NCBI GenBank assembly: GCA_051294375.1
Contig: CM119263.1
Location: 14,586,414-14,650,413, forward strand
DNA: 64,000 bases
Origin: Paraspadella gotoi
Lineage: Eukaryota > Animalia > Chaetognatha
Direction: 5' to 3'
Shown here piece by piece: positions 51,007 to 63,877 of this stretch. The position numbers were made by a program, and so were the translations under genes. The notes under the pieces were generated by a model that saw nothing but the letters and a program-made list of their open reading frames with translations, was not told the DNA's origin and did no database searches. The number at the start of each line of letters is the position of its first letter. Positions within the stretch are counted from its first letter, which is position 1.

Positions 51007-54000
51007 TTACACGGCGGTGCCTATCCTGTCCAAATAAGTCGGATAAGGATGTTGATCTTCGCCGTCGTCATTCTTCGACTTCGATTCGGAACCCGACTCA
51101 GATTTGGATGGTCGACGAGAAATCGACGAGGTCGAGTGTTGAGCGTCGGTTGCGCCCTCCGCTTCCGATGGCGCACCGCCGTGTCGACTGGTGCGCGGCA
51201 GAGTACGCGTCACTTGAGGGAAGTTCTGTGCAGCGTTGGCCGCGGCGAGGATAAGGGGTGATTCTGCATCGTCATCGTCGTCGTCGTTCGCCGAAAGCGG
51301 CGGTGGAGGAGCGCCGACGAAGTGAGCGCCGAAAGGCTGATGATGCTCGGAGATCAAGTTGTCGAAGTCGCTGAGAGATAAAAGGTTATGGTGCCCGTAG
51401 TAACAAGGGTGCAGCGGGTTTTGGAGAGGCGGGGCGAGGGGATGTATCGGCGGAATCGAGGAGGTGGTGATCGCGGACACGACAGGAAAGACAAGCGGCG
51501 CGTCGAGCAGCGCCGCAGCAGGAAAACTCTCGGGATCCGAAGGTGAGGCGGGCCAAATGCACGATCTGGAAATAAGAATAAATTTAACATAAATTTTCTT
51601 CAGGATTTACATTATTATTTAAAAGGTTTACAATGTAAATTACATTCCCGTAAATTATCAAGATTAACTTATAGTCAAACACCACAAATGGTTTGAACCT
51701 ATTTTTGCTCCAATATGCAATGAGCAAGATACAGTAGTTTGAGTTCTCCAAACTTCCCATTGTACGTAAATTACTGCTATAACCCTTAATCACAAAAGAC
51801 ATAAGTTGGTTGGACAAGAGGAAAAGTCAGAGGGACGCATTAAACCGGTCGTCTGCCGAAAGGTCGGTTATCGCATGAAAGGAGGGAGAGAGAAGGAGAA
51901 GAGATGAAAAGGTCGAAAGCGCGAGACTCTGCCTCGAATTCTTAACGATGTATTTGATTTGCACAGCGAGGGCGGGGAGAAGCGCAGGCCTTCCTCGTTC
52001 CTTTACAAGCTTAACAGATGATACGGCCTACAAATGAGGGGGAGTGAAGAGAAAGAGAAAAGAGCGAGGAACAAGAGGAGAATATAGGTAGAAATTTGGG
52101 GGAAAACGTCAGTCGACCTAAACTAGGAACCAAAGAGGCTAAAAATGCACCAAAACTCTCAGTAATCGAATTTAACGAGCGGCCTCAATGAATCTCGTAG
52201 GGATTTTTCACGAGCGATTTCCTATGACCCCCGTTCACGAGTAAGCTGTGCTCGAAGTAAAAGAGAAACTTTTTTTGTGCGATAATGATAGGATCTGAAG
52301 GGCAAATCAAAAACATTGCTTAAAATTTTATAACGGGGAACTAGCATTTTCGTATATTTTTATAAGAGTGAAAATTTTCTGATAATGAAAATAAGTAAAA
52401 TTCAAACTCGACAATCGGAAATTCGGATATGCTAAAAACTTTAGAAGAAAAAAAAACATTTGCAAACTGTCAGAATAAGGAGGAGAAACTTTTCGGGAGT
52501 TTTTTTTCGAATAAATACTCAGGTTCTCTTCACTTTTCTCAGACTTTTCACTTTACCGAAAAAAAACAAAAGAAAAAACCAGGCGAAACAATTTGATTAC
52601 GAAAATTACAAATGGCAATAATCGGTTTCACTAATTTTTTTCTCTTGGCCGGGATTGCATTCGCGGATGTGGTGGAAACTTACCTGCTGGAGGGAAATCC
52701 ATTTTCTGTCCTGCGAGCATGCGTTACGTACATTCCTGCACGCGCGTGCGTTGTTTCAATTTCATCTTCTTCGCCCATCACCACATCAGCAACGTCATCC
52801 ATATGCGCCTTAAAAAAAAAAAAAAATCGAAAATAAGCTTTCAAAAAAAATGTTTTCTCGCGCGAGGGCCTCTAGCAAACAAGAGGCGATCACCAAATCC
52901 ACTCGACGCACCTTGTTGGAATGGTAAGATATATAGGAATGTCCAAGAACTTGCGGGTCATCGACCGGATGGAGGCCCTCGGTGACAGAAATGGGGATGC
53001 CGCCGCCACCATCTTCACCAGGAGCGAAAGAATTTTTTGCGACGTTGTTAACGGAAGAAGTTGCAGAGGAGGAAGAATCGACGACGGCGTTCAGTGGCGT
53101 CGGAGGCTTCGGCTTCGGAGTCCGATTCGTATGACTACCGACAACCTCGCTACCCTCGTCGCTGCCAAAAACGAAGGGCGGGTTGTGAAAACGGGCAAGG
53201 GAGAGGCGCGCGGCACTGGTTGACAAAATTATCCTTTTCTACTACCTCTGACTGGAAATGTCGTCGTCGATTCTTTCTACCGGAAGATGATGGATGAGCA
53301 GCGGGTCCTCGCTCCTGTTTCCGGAATGAGAGTCTCTATGGGGAAACGACGTCATAAGCAGAGAAGCGTTGTCATTAGCGCCGCCGCCGCCGCCGCCGCC
53401 GGAAGAGAGGGAGAGAGGGTCGAGGGAGCGGGAAGGCGTGGAGCCCAAATCTTCCATTTTCAGGTACTCGGTGGAGGCGCTGGCGGTGGTAGGATCGAGG
53501 ACCGAGGCGAGGGGGTCGCCTAAAAAAACGTAAAAAGACGTTACGGAGGACGATTGGTTTCGAATAACTATTTTAAAATATCCGTACCAACGATGTCATC
53601 GTCGACGTCTTTGCCAGAGTCGGTGCCTTCCGAGTGAATCCACGGCGCGGGTTTCCACCAGCACAACGAAGGGCAGACGATCACCACGGACTTGAGATCC
53701 GACGAACTCACGTTACGGCCGCCGCCGCGGGTCAGGCCTTGCAGCGTCGCCCATCTAACAAGGTCGGAAAAATCCGGCTAATTAGCGTTCATGTTTTACT
53801 CAAGTTCTCAATTCACACCCTATCTCATTGCCCCACCTTCGTTTCCTCGAATAATCTAAGTAGAAGAAGGCGGCGGTGACGAGGATAAAGACAACCAGAC
53901 CGGCGACGATGATGCCGATCATCAGACCGGAAGTGGAACCGGCGCCTCGTCGGCCGCCAGCCGCGCGACCTTCTACCGCCGAGCCTTCCGAGCCGAGCTG

Positions 54001-55573
54001 GGTCGCTAGGGAAAATAAGGCGGTGAAATAAGGGTCTATATCTATGACGGCATTAATATTTGATAGTGCTGTTAGTGGCTCGCTCAAGTTCCCAAAACAC
54101 AAATTCAAATCGGTCATTAAGCTCCTTTTCTTTTTTCTTTTGCCCTTTTTCTCTCCTCGCCTACCCAGATTCCCCGAAAGCCTTACCGGCCGAGGGCAGA
54201 GTGGCCGCGGCTGCCGCGGGCACCAGCTGCCCATCTGGACCCAGCTGCCCCTCCGTCGTGGCCGACCGTAAGCTTAAGCTGACGCGCATCGTCACGTTGC
54301 CGATAATGTTGGACGCAACACAGCGATAGTTTCCCTGATAAGATTTTAAATGAAAAGAATGTAGATTGTAGTATCAAAATTAGATTAATCTAAAATTATA
54401 AAAAATATACTAATGCCTCGTGGTAATTTTATTGGCTGCCTAAATTAGCTAATTTTATTTTTATAAAATGGCATTTAATGCATTTAATTAATTTAATTCA
54501 ATTAACTTCAAATGGGTATAGGTTTAATTTCCATAACTTTCTTATTCTGATTAAACCAAGAATGTACATATTCGTCACATCAACAATTCGTCACATCAAC
54601 CATTCACTTACCTTGGTGACGTTGTTGACCTGAGAGATGTATAGCACGGACGTCTTGGTCTCCCTTCCGCTGTTGTATATGGCGTAGAGACGGTAATCCA
54701 AGGGAGGATTGGCGAAAATAGAAGGGGTCGCGTCGAGGTGTCGAGGGGGCGTGGCGGGTGAGACGGGGCCGGGCGAGGACGGGGGAAGGGTGGAAATAAC
54801 GATCGTCGTGGCCATTTCCGCCAGCTCGCTCATTGTATGGATGCGGTTTTCGTCTTTATACCAGACGGGATTCACTGAAAGAGGAAGTGAAATTGATTCA
54901 TAGAACTTCATGCAGCTAGTTCTTTCGCGGACTCACCTTCTGGATCAGAATACACTTTGCAAGTAAGGTTGACGCCGGCCGCGCCGCTTATTACGCCGTC
55001 AACGCGGGTGGCGCCGCCACGTTCATCGACCAATATATCGAGCTTGGAGGAAGAAAGAAGTTCCGGTGCACAAGCGAACTGCCGGAGGGTCAGGTCATCC
55101 CAACTCGCGTGAATAACTTGAGTTGGGGAATCGCACAATGTCTTTCGTCGATCCTAGACGTAAGAATAAAAATCTTAAAGTATAGTGATCTCGCAAGACG
55201 TTACTATCAAACAAAATTAATAAAAAATCAAAAAAAAAAAAAAAAAAAAAAAACGAATATATTGATACGATAACGAATTATTGATGTAATAGTAATTGAT
55301 TGATGTAATAGTAATTGAGGGATTGATATAAGAGTAATTGATTGATATAAAAATAATTGATTTATGGATGTAATAATAATTTATTGATGTAATAGAAATA
55401 TATTGATGCGATGATAATCAAATATTGATGCGATAATAACTAATAATTGATGCGATGATAACTACTAATTGATGCCATGAAAACCAAATAAATGATGCGA
55501 TGATAACCAAATAAATGATGAGATGATAATCAAATGATTGATGCGATGAGTCATTCATCGTAAATAAAACAAC

Positions 55574-55625
<52 letters not shown>

Positions 55626-58477
55626 CTGTTCGTAGGTGATCCTCTGACCGTCCACGAAACTCTTTAGCCACCGGAGATGACAGTCGCATCGCCAGGGATT
55701 TTCATATAGATAAAGGCTTCGGAGGGATTTGGCGCGACGAAGCGAGTCAAGGACTCCGTCTTCGCTCATTCCATGCAGGCGATTCCCCGAAATGTCGAGA
55801 AATTGAAGAGTCGACTCCACGCCGCGAAACGCAAGTGGCTCCACGGTGGTCAGCATGCAACCGTGAAGTTCAAGACGTTGCAGATGCTTCAGATGAATAA
55901 ATGAGTCGTTCTCGATCTAAAGAAGCGGAACAAAGTTTTTTTTTATTTCTCCGTAAAAAAACAAAAATACCCGTCGAAGTCCCCTGCATAAATAAATAAC
56001 CTCTCTTCTAAGAAATTCTTTTTAGTGATGAAAATTATTAGATCTACAAAATAAAAAAAAAGAAAGAATCTAAAAAGATGAGCGCGCAACGGGCTCCATG
56101 AAAGCCCGAAGTGATACGACTGGCTTCAACTTTTATTTATGAAGCGAGACATCAGTCAGGGTTTTGAGGGGAATTCCAGTTTCTTATGGCTCAGAGGCAT
56201 AAGCTGTCCAGTCATTATGAAATATGGAGTGGAGCGCAATTAGCAGGCGAAAGCCATGAAAAAAATGGGGGAAAGGAAGGCATTAATCCGGGAGAGAAAA
56301 GACTAGGAAAAAACGTAAAACTAGAAGAAAGAACGAGCGGGAGATATAGAGCGAAAGATTATGCTGGCGCCAGTCGACAAAGACATAATCCCTTGCTAAC
56401 CTCAAAGAGATGGAATACTCGTGCGAAAGCGATTGTGCGTAAGTACGTTTTTCACTGGAAAACCTCTTTTTAAACTTTGTATTATCAAGTTGGACAAACA
56501 AAAAAATCGATGCAACTCAATCGAGAGGATAAATATTTTACGATGCTATAACGCCACACCTCCGAAACTCTTACCCGTTTTATATAAATGTTGTTGTTGA
56601 GTTTAAGTTGCTGAAGATAGGGCGTATCGGTAAGGGACTCTATTGGAATGGATGACAATCTATTGTTGCTTAGATCCAACTCAGAAAGGTTGATGACGCC
56701 TTTGAACGCCCCCGCCTCTATCGTTGTTACGCTGCGAATAGGAAATCAACCAAAAGAATTCATGAGTAAACATATTGGCCAGACATATCTCGGAACATTC
56801 GATACCGCTCTTTTCCTAGTCGCTTAGTCGCCTGAACTCTTTCAGCTTCCAAACAGAGAAAATAAAAAAATGAAAAATATTTTAAGACCAAAAAAAAAGG
56901 ATATGATGGCTGAAAAGTAATTTAGAATACTTTTGTTTTCGTTCGAACTTTTTAAGCTTTTAAAAATAATAAAATTGCTAAGACCTTAAGATTTTTTGTC
57001 TTCGACCTTTCGACCTTTAAAAATGGGGCCTTTTTATTATTTCTGCAGAGTCGCTTTATTCAGTATTCTTTTTAGCTCCGCCCCCAAGTAACCACTAACC
57101 AGCTCGCCAAAAATTTCATTGTTTTCTTCCCATTTTTTTCCTTGTCATTTTTGTTAACGTAGAGATTTTTCCTTTACTCATTTTCACTATTTTCACTATT
57201 TTTTTTACGTCAAATTATATTCTTATTAATCATTCCAAAGAAGGAAGTTGGCGTGGGTTCGAATCCCACCACTGAACAGCCACCATGTTTAGGAAAGAGT
57301 AAGCAGGGATTTTGATATGAAGCCAAAGTGATTCAGAATCAAAAGGCAGTGGCTATTTATACAATAAAACCGGATCAACGATACGGGCCAGGTTCCCGGT
57401 GGATGGAAGCCTAATGTCTCATTGCCTGATGCTATTGGTGGCTGCACCAATGAGAGAGTCAGAATTCAATTCTTGCAAATTTTTTCGAGTCGTTGATCCG
57501 ATTTTGATTCCGAGGTTCTAATTCCTCTGCAATGATTCAATGACATATCTAAATGTATTAAAATAGTATCCCTACCGGTTAGCACTGAGATCAAGAGAGT
57601 GCAGCGCCGAGAGTGATGAGAAAGTACCCAAGGCGATTTTTGGGCCAAGGGCGTTGTCAGCAAGGAGCAAGACGGTAGTGTCGGGATCGATGAGCGCTGC
57701 CAGTCGACCGCGCATGCTGATGCCTAAAGGCTCCTCATCCCCTTCTTCCCTGTCTCGCGCGCTGGGACCGAGGTTTTGGCCGCGACAGTCAGTGTGACGC
57801 CGCCCATTGATCAGCGTCGTCTTGCACTAACGAGGCAATAAAGAAAAACTATGCGAGTGCAAGATTATAATTACAATACATAATTGTACGTAATGATAGT
57901 ACTTAATTGTACGCATATAATAAAAATATGAAAAAATCCCAAAACCTGCGGAGCGAAGCTTCCACGAGCAAGCGGCACCGGAAGACCGTCGCCGATTTGA
58001 AGTGGAGTTGGAAGTGTTACGTCGTAGGAATGAAAATTTTTACTTTTCGATGGTGAAGCGGGAAGTGAAAGGACCACCTGCAGAGAAAAATGAGGAAAAA
58101 ATCTAAAAATCTACTAGAGAATAGAAAATCTCACAATACAATTATGTTAGAAGTTGCAAGTTAGAACAAAATAGCATCGACGGTGCTTGAAGCAATCGTC
58201 AAGGAAAAAGTAACAAGTTAAAGTTAACGCAGAATTTCGTCCGGAAACCTGCTTCGTTGAATGAGAAAAAACCCACCTTCGTCCGTGATTTTTCTCCGCG
58301 CCCTGTCCCCTTCTTCGATGAGATCTGATCGGCGGCGCCGCGGTAATAACTAGCGGAGGAAAACAGTAGAATGACGACGAAGAGCGTGGGGGAAGAGAAG
58401 GACGGGAGCGAACGAAGAGGAAAAAGCGCGGAATGCGAAGAGCGTGAGTGACGAAAGTTAGTGAAGGAAGCTTCCAT
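51007..58477 (-). CDS. Kekkon-like LRR-Ig single-pass receptor
   Basis: Signal-like FVVILLFSS; LRRs LDLSANR, LDLSNNRL, LDISGNRL; LRRCT YENPWRCDCHLRWL..LC..P..FACAP; Ig NLTCKV..VWY..GNYRCVASN; TM LMIGIIVAGLVVFILVTAAFFY; C-terminal GTAV* PDZ ligand. Confidence 0.88.
55577..55622. repeat. (AG)n microsatellite abutting a splice donor; similar tract at 62895-62937
   Basis: Directly visible. Confidence 0.95.
57248..57275 (+). mobile_element. tRNA-Leu-like T-arm fragment (SINE remnant)
   Basis: GGCGTGGGTTCGAATCCCACC without D arm or anticodon arm. Confidence 0.45.
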
Positions 58478-59172
58478 TGTGTGCGTATTTGTGACCAAAA
58501 ATTAACAATGGAGGCGAGAATTGATAAATCCTTGGTTTTTGAAGAAGAATTTATTTATCGTCCACGATTTTTTTTTAAAGTAATCCATAAATATCCGTGT
58601 TTGTTAGTCGCACTTAGAGTAGTTTTTTTTTTTGTTCACCAGTTGAGTAAAAAGAGTTTCATGACAATTTTTTTTTTTATTCTGGGAGGTTTGGAGATAT
58701 TTGCTAGGGTTCTAAATCTAATATAATTTTTTTTTCAAATTTCACAACTGAAAAACAAGAAAAAAATCTTGAAAATTTTTAAAAGGTATCACTTTAGCAC
58801 AAACCTGTTTAAAATAAGCCTAGTTTTGAACTCATGATCTTAGTACTACAAAAAAGCAGTACTTGCGACACGGCCACTTGCGATTCGGACTTTCCCCATT
58901 TATTAGTTCATTTAACACAAAAGCTGTCTATCATCTAAAAATAAAATTATCGGAAAATGATAATTGGGGAAAACCCGACATAATAGGTGAAAAAAGGCGA
59001 CCGGGTTATATTATAAATACTAATGAAAGTCAATAACGACCAAAAATCTTAATCGCACTTTATCCAACGGTTGGTTGCAGACTAAGCGGAAGCTGTCACC
59101 ATAGTTATTTGGTTTTTGTTTTTTATACCCCTCCCAAATTTTCTCGATGAAGCGCATAATATTTTGAACTAA

Positions 59173-62100
59173 TCATCCTTTAAGAGAAGACATTCCCGCT
59201 CGCATTATCTCGTCTACCAAGAGAAGGTTCGAAGCAATGACGGTGCACGAGTTTAGAAGTTGAACTTTCACTCTGTAGCCAGAAGAAATAAAAATTAGTT
59301 TACTGACCCACGGTTCGTATTAGAATGTGAAAATTCAACACCACTTGTACCTGTAATTATCCAGAATGCCGACGTCTTGAGGCAAAACTGCTTCCCCCGA
59401 TGTCAGATCTAACCCAACGCCTTGAGGCTGAACATTGAGGTATTCTTCTTGGAGCTTTACTATCGTTTCCTAAAACAAGAAACATCGAATAGTAATTATA
59501 AAACAAGTTGTGAGTTATTAATCGGTAGTTTTGCATGTTTTTCAATAAAAATAATTAAAAAACAACCTGACAATCGTAGCCACTGTTAGCGGCGAGAGTC
59601 TTGGGAATCACAAGTAATGCATCCGCGAAAGCTTGGACTCCCAACTTCGCGCGGCCTTTTACTTCGCCCTTATGTTGATGGAGAGCGTGAGCGGCGGCGA
59701 TTTCGAAGGCTCCCCCACCCGGAACCACAGCTCCATCTTCAAGGGCGTTCTTGACAGCACGGAGTCCGTCACGAACGGCGTCTTTCAACTGCGTGAGAGT
59801 GTATTTGTTGGGTCCCTGAAAAAGAAATGGAGCGGTTTCGACAGTATTTTAGTTAAATCTGTAAAAGTTAAATTTCTAAAAAAATTAATGAGATCAAACC
59901 TTTAACAGAATGGTGACGGATTTGGTGGCGGGGCATTCTTCGAGGAAAAAGTACTTGTCTTCTCCGAGAACGGTTTCGGTGGCCAGCCCGGCCTGACCCA
60001 AGCAACTTTCGTCCAAGTCGGCCACGTCGTTCATGGCCGATCCGCCGCAGGCCAGAGGAATTCGCTCCATGTTGCGGCGCTTGGCGCGTCGCAGGGCAAC
60101 AATGCCTTCTTTTGCCAGCATGTCGAGGGAGAACGGATCGATGCCCTTTTGGTTGATGACTATGAATCCTGCGACAAGGGAGATATGAAGAGCGAGAGGT
60201 CGATAATAAATTCGAAAATCCTAAATATTTTCGGTTGGTCGTCTTTTCGGCAAATTTCAACGTTTCTACCGTTAAAGTCAATGATGGAGATTTCCAAAGA
60301 GAAGAACAGATCTTTCCCCCCATACATCCAAATCCTCGGAAACCCCCAAGACCAACCTTTTCCGTTTTCCTTGGTGCAGACTTTTTTCTTCAGTTCGATA
60401 ATTTTCTTGACCCTCTCGTCGATGAAGGCGCGTTCGGCGGCGACGAGCTTCTCCCTCTCCTCAGCCGTCTTGTAGAAAAAACCAGAATTGACTTCCGTCT
60501 TTTCGTACTCAAGCGACACGTTGCACACGAGAACGTATGCATTTTCCACCCGCTTCGCCATGTCGGGATGGCGCGCACCGTGGTCCATTACGATACCCTA
60601 AAGCGGAAAAAACAATGGATGATAGCAGAAAAAAAGATTAAAAGAGCCGGAAAACCACCTTTCAATACATATTTGCAGAGGAAGAAAAGGAAATAAGTGG
60701 CTGCCGCTTTGAACCACCCCTTTTTTTAAATCACAATCACCAACAACCGATCAACAGACGACAATCGAATTCTTTCGTTCTTTCTCGAACATCATTTGGG
60801 GTCTTCTGAATCCTAAAAATGGAAGGAGTAAAGAAATGTGGGTGGGATTAAGAAAACAGAGAAGAACCAAAGCAGGATAGGGCGGTAGGAAAAATGGAAA
60901 AGGGAATTAAACCAAAGCTCTAACCGAGAAAATGATGAATGGCGATTCGAAACGCAGAAATTATCGGAAATCTGCCCTCGTCGGCGACCGAGAGCGAGGG
61001 GAAAGTCGGATTAGAGTCTGGGTTCCAAAGAGAGGAGCTAAGCGAGGGGAGAGTATGGGTTTAAGAAGCCCGCGACGCCGGAGCAAGAAAAAACCATTTA
61101 TCTCTTCCTCATCCCCTCTCGATATCTTCCGTCCCCTATTCCCTCGATTTCCTCCACTTTCTTTTTCAGTTTCTTCCATCCTCCTCCTCTTCTTCAGGAA
61201 ATAAAATCGTTGGGATCCGCGAGAATATCGAGAAACGCACTCCCCCGGACTCGTTTTTTCCTCTCTTTCAGTTTAAGGGCGAGAGAAAAAACCCGAACCG
61301 CTAAATCCGTTGAAAGCGTCGTTTTTTCGAGGCGTACGGATCGGCAGAGATAAACGACGAGAGGGCCAGACCAATTTTACAACCAAGTCAGCCTTTTGAA
61401 TTTCTCTCAAATCGCGAGTTACAAATACAACATACAATATTTCAGTCAAAGTTCAGGGAGAACTAAATAATCGTTGAAAACCCTAACAATAACAATATTA
61501 CGGTGTCCCTATAAACTTTTTTTCTTAGTTTGTATCCCTATCAGAGCATACGATTCTACTTATTAAAAGAAAAAAAAAAGAAAAACCAGACATAACCTTA
61601 ACACCCCCAAAAAATTACCCAATACCCATTCCACCCCTTTCTGTTCAGCCTTTTATATATTATGAGGTTCTCATTAATTATTTTCTTACAGAAATGTGTG
61701 ATATCTATTTAGAAAACTAGGGCAGGAAGTGTATTTTATTGACAACACTAACAACCCTCTCCCATTAATATACTTAAGGGAGTGGTCTTTTCATACAATT
61801 GAAACATTCTTTGAAATATTATACCGTTTCATTGATAGGGAAGCCAGGTACTTTGGGAGTGAATAAACGAGACTGAAAGAATCTTTATTGAAAGCTTTCA
61901 GGGACCTGATATGTCATTATCTTGTAAGAGTGATGGAGGCCTTAAACCACCAAAGCCTATCCAGTATCCAAAGTCAGGGGCAAGATAGCTTATTTATTAA
62001 ATGAATGGATAATTTTTATATTGGTTGTACCAATTTCATAATATTTTCAGATTTAAATTATCAAAAACCACAATTAATAAAAAACAATAATAATAAAATC

Positions 62101-62891
62101 TAAAAAAATCTAGAATTTGAAAAAAATAATTGTATTGAATATTATAAAATCTAAGACTTAAAATAGTAAAACAAGTAATTTTGCAATTTTCATAATAGTC
62201 ATAATCGTAGTTTTCAAATTCCCCCACCTTAATTAGTTTGGAATCGGTGTCGCTCTTGTGCTGCATTTCCATGATCTCGATCATATGAAGGTCGACGGCC
62301 TCGTTGGGTGCACCCTGATGGATCGTGAGAATGGCGTCGACAACAATGTCAGTCAACACATCGGCCATCTCCCCCGAAAGTTTGGTGGCCAGCGATGTCT
62401 TGGCGACTTGGACGAGTATCTCGCGGCGTTGGTGGGCATTGTTTTCACCGGCCGCTGTGGAGATTTTTATATCCTGAAAAAAAATATATATATAACAGTA
62501 TAGTCTATAGAAGGTGAGGGCGGAAAAGAGGAGCGAAATGGTGCATAAAAGGGTGGGTCTTTTAGGGGTTGACAGAAAGCAGACGACGGGGCGTTAAGCC
62601 GTTTATTCACCGAGCGAAAAGCATCATTGCGTTCAAGGTCAAAGGGGTCAAAGGGGTCATCGTGGTAACGGGAGTAAGTGTTAATGTGATGGTTTTAGGC
62701 ATAGTCCCTGTTACGATTGCCATTCATTTGGAAACATCATTGCCATCTTTTTCCCTTTTATCTTCTCTTGCCCCGCCTTCCCACGCTTTCCACGAGAATT
62801 TCCCGCTTTTTCAATTTCGCTGATTTAGTTTTTGCACTGATCTCTGACCTCGACCAGTTTACGTGATGAGCCTTCGAAAGAGGAATAGCGG

Positions 62892-62940
<49 letters not shown>

Positions 62941-63554
62941 CGACCACAAACTCACGTCTAAAACTTTAAGGGCGATGTCCTTCGCCTTGTCGAAGCCCTC
63001 GCAGATAATGCGAGGATGGAGTCCTTCCTGGATGTATCTGTCAGCCTGCTTGAGGAGCTCGCCGATGATGAGAACATTGGAAGTTGTGCCGTCGCCAGTG
63101 ATGTCGTCCTGCGCAGTAGCGGCGCGAGCGATCAAAGACGCGGTCGGGTGCTGGATCTGCATCTCGTGCAAAAGAACGTTGCCGTCTTTTGTTAATTTGA
63201 TATCGCCCGCGCCGGACACGAGCATCTTCAAGGTGCCTGAAAAAGTTTGTGGAAAGAGAATTTGCTAAGAAGGAAATTCTATGAATAACTGAACGAGGAT
63301 TCAATTTATTATTCTATGGTTATGTGATGAAGCGAGGGAAAAGTTCTAGAAGAAATTTATTATTGCACATCATGCGGTAAAAGAAACTAATAAACAGAAG
63401 AAATGGAAATACAAATTTAATATAACTCACCTTTGGGTCCAAGGTTAGTTTTAAGGACATCTTGTAGACCCTTGGCAGCAGAGATATTGACAGCAAGTGC
63501 CGCAGCCGCTTTAGCGACCTCGGCCTTTGGATTTAGCGAATGAATGGCAGACAT
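59173..63554 (-). CDS. CCT6: T-complex protein 1 subunit zeta (CCT/TRiC)
   Basis: [92 protein letters not shown]. Confidence 0.98.
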
Positions 63555-63877
63555 TGCAAAGAACAGCAAAGAACGGAGGGATAAAGTTTCGATGGGCAAA
63601 CCAAGTTTGTCTTTAAATATTTAAAATTATCTAAAAATCAACAAAATTAAGTTAATGGACTCAAAATTCTTTAAATTCAGCAATAATAGCGACTGAATAG
63701 CGATCAAATTCCCAGAGTTTGAAATGTTATATTGCATTAAATTACCCAGTGTCAAAAAAATTAGTCAATTATCACATGATATATATAGTAGGGGGGGCAA
63801 AACGATAAATAGGGATGAGGATGGGAGAGGAGAGGGCGAGAGCTCATTACTGAGGCAGCAGGTTGCGGGCAGCCAAA

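Noticed and set aside
57248-57275. Possible tRNA-Leu gene; also the tRNA-like head at 42167
   Set aside because: No complete cloverleaf; SINE-derived
60995-61255. GGGAAAGTCGG resembling the RNase P/MRP CR-I motif
   Set aside because: Antisense to the intron and no matching CR-V/P4 partner
61474-61600. AACCCTAAC followed by U-rich and A-rich tracts, resembling a telomerase RNA template and pseudoknot
   Set aside because: Antisense to the host, adjacent to a dispersed repeat (similar to 24530-24700), no other telomerase domains seen
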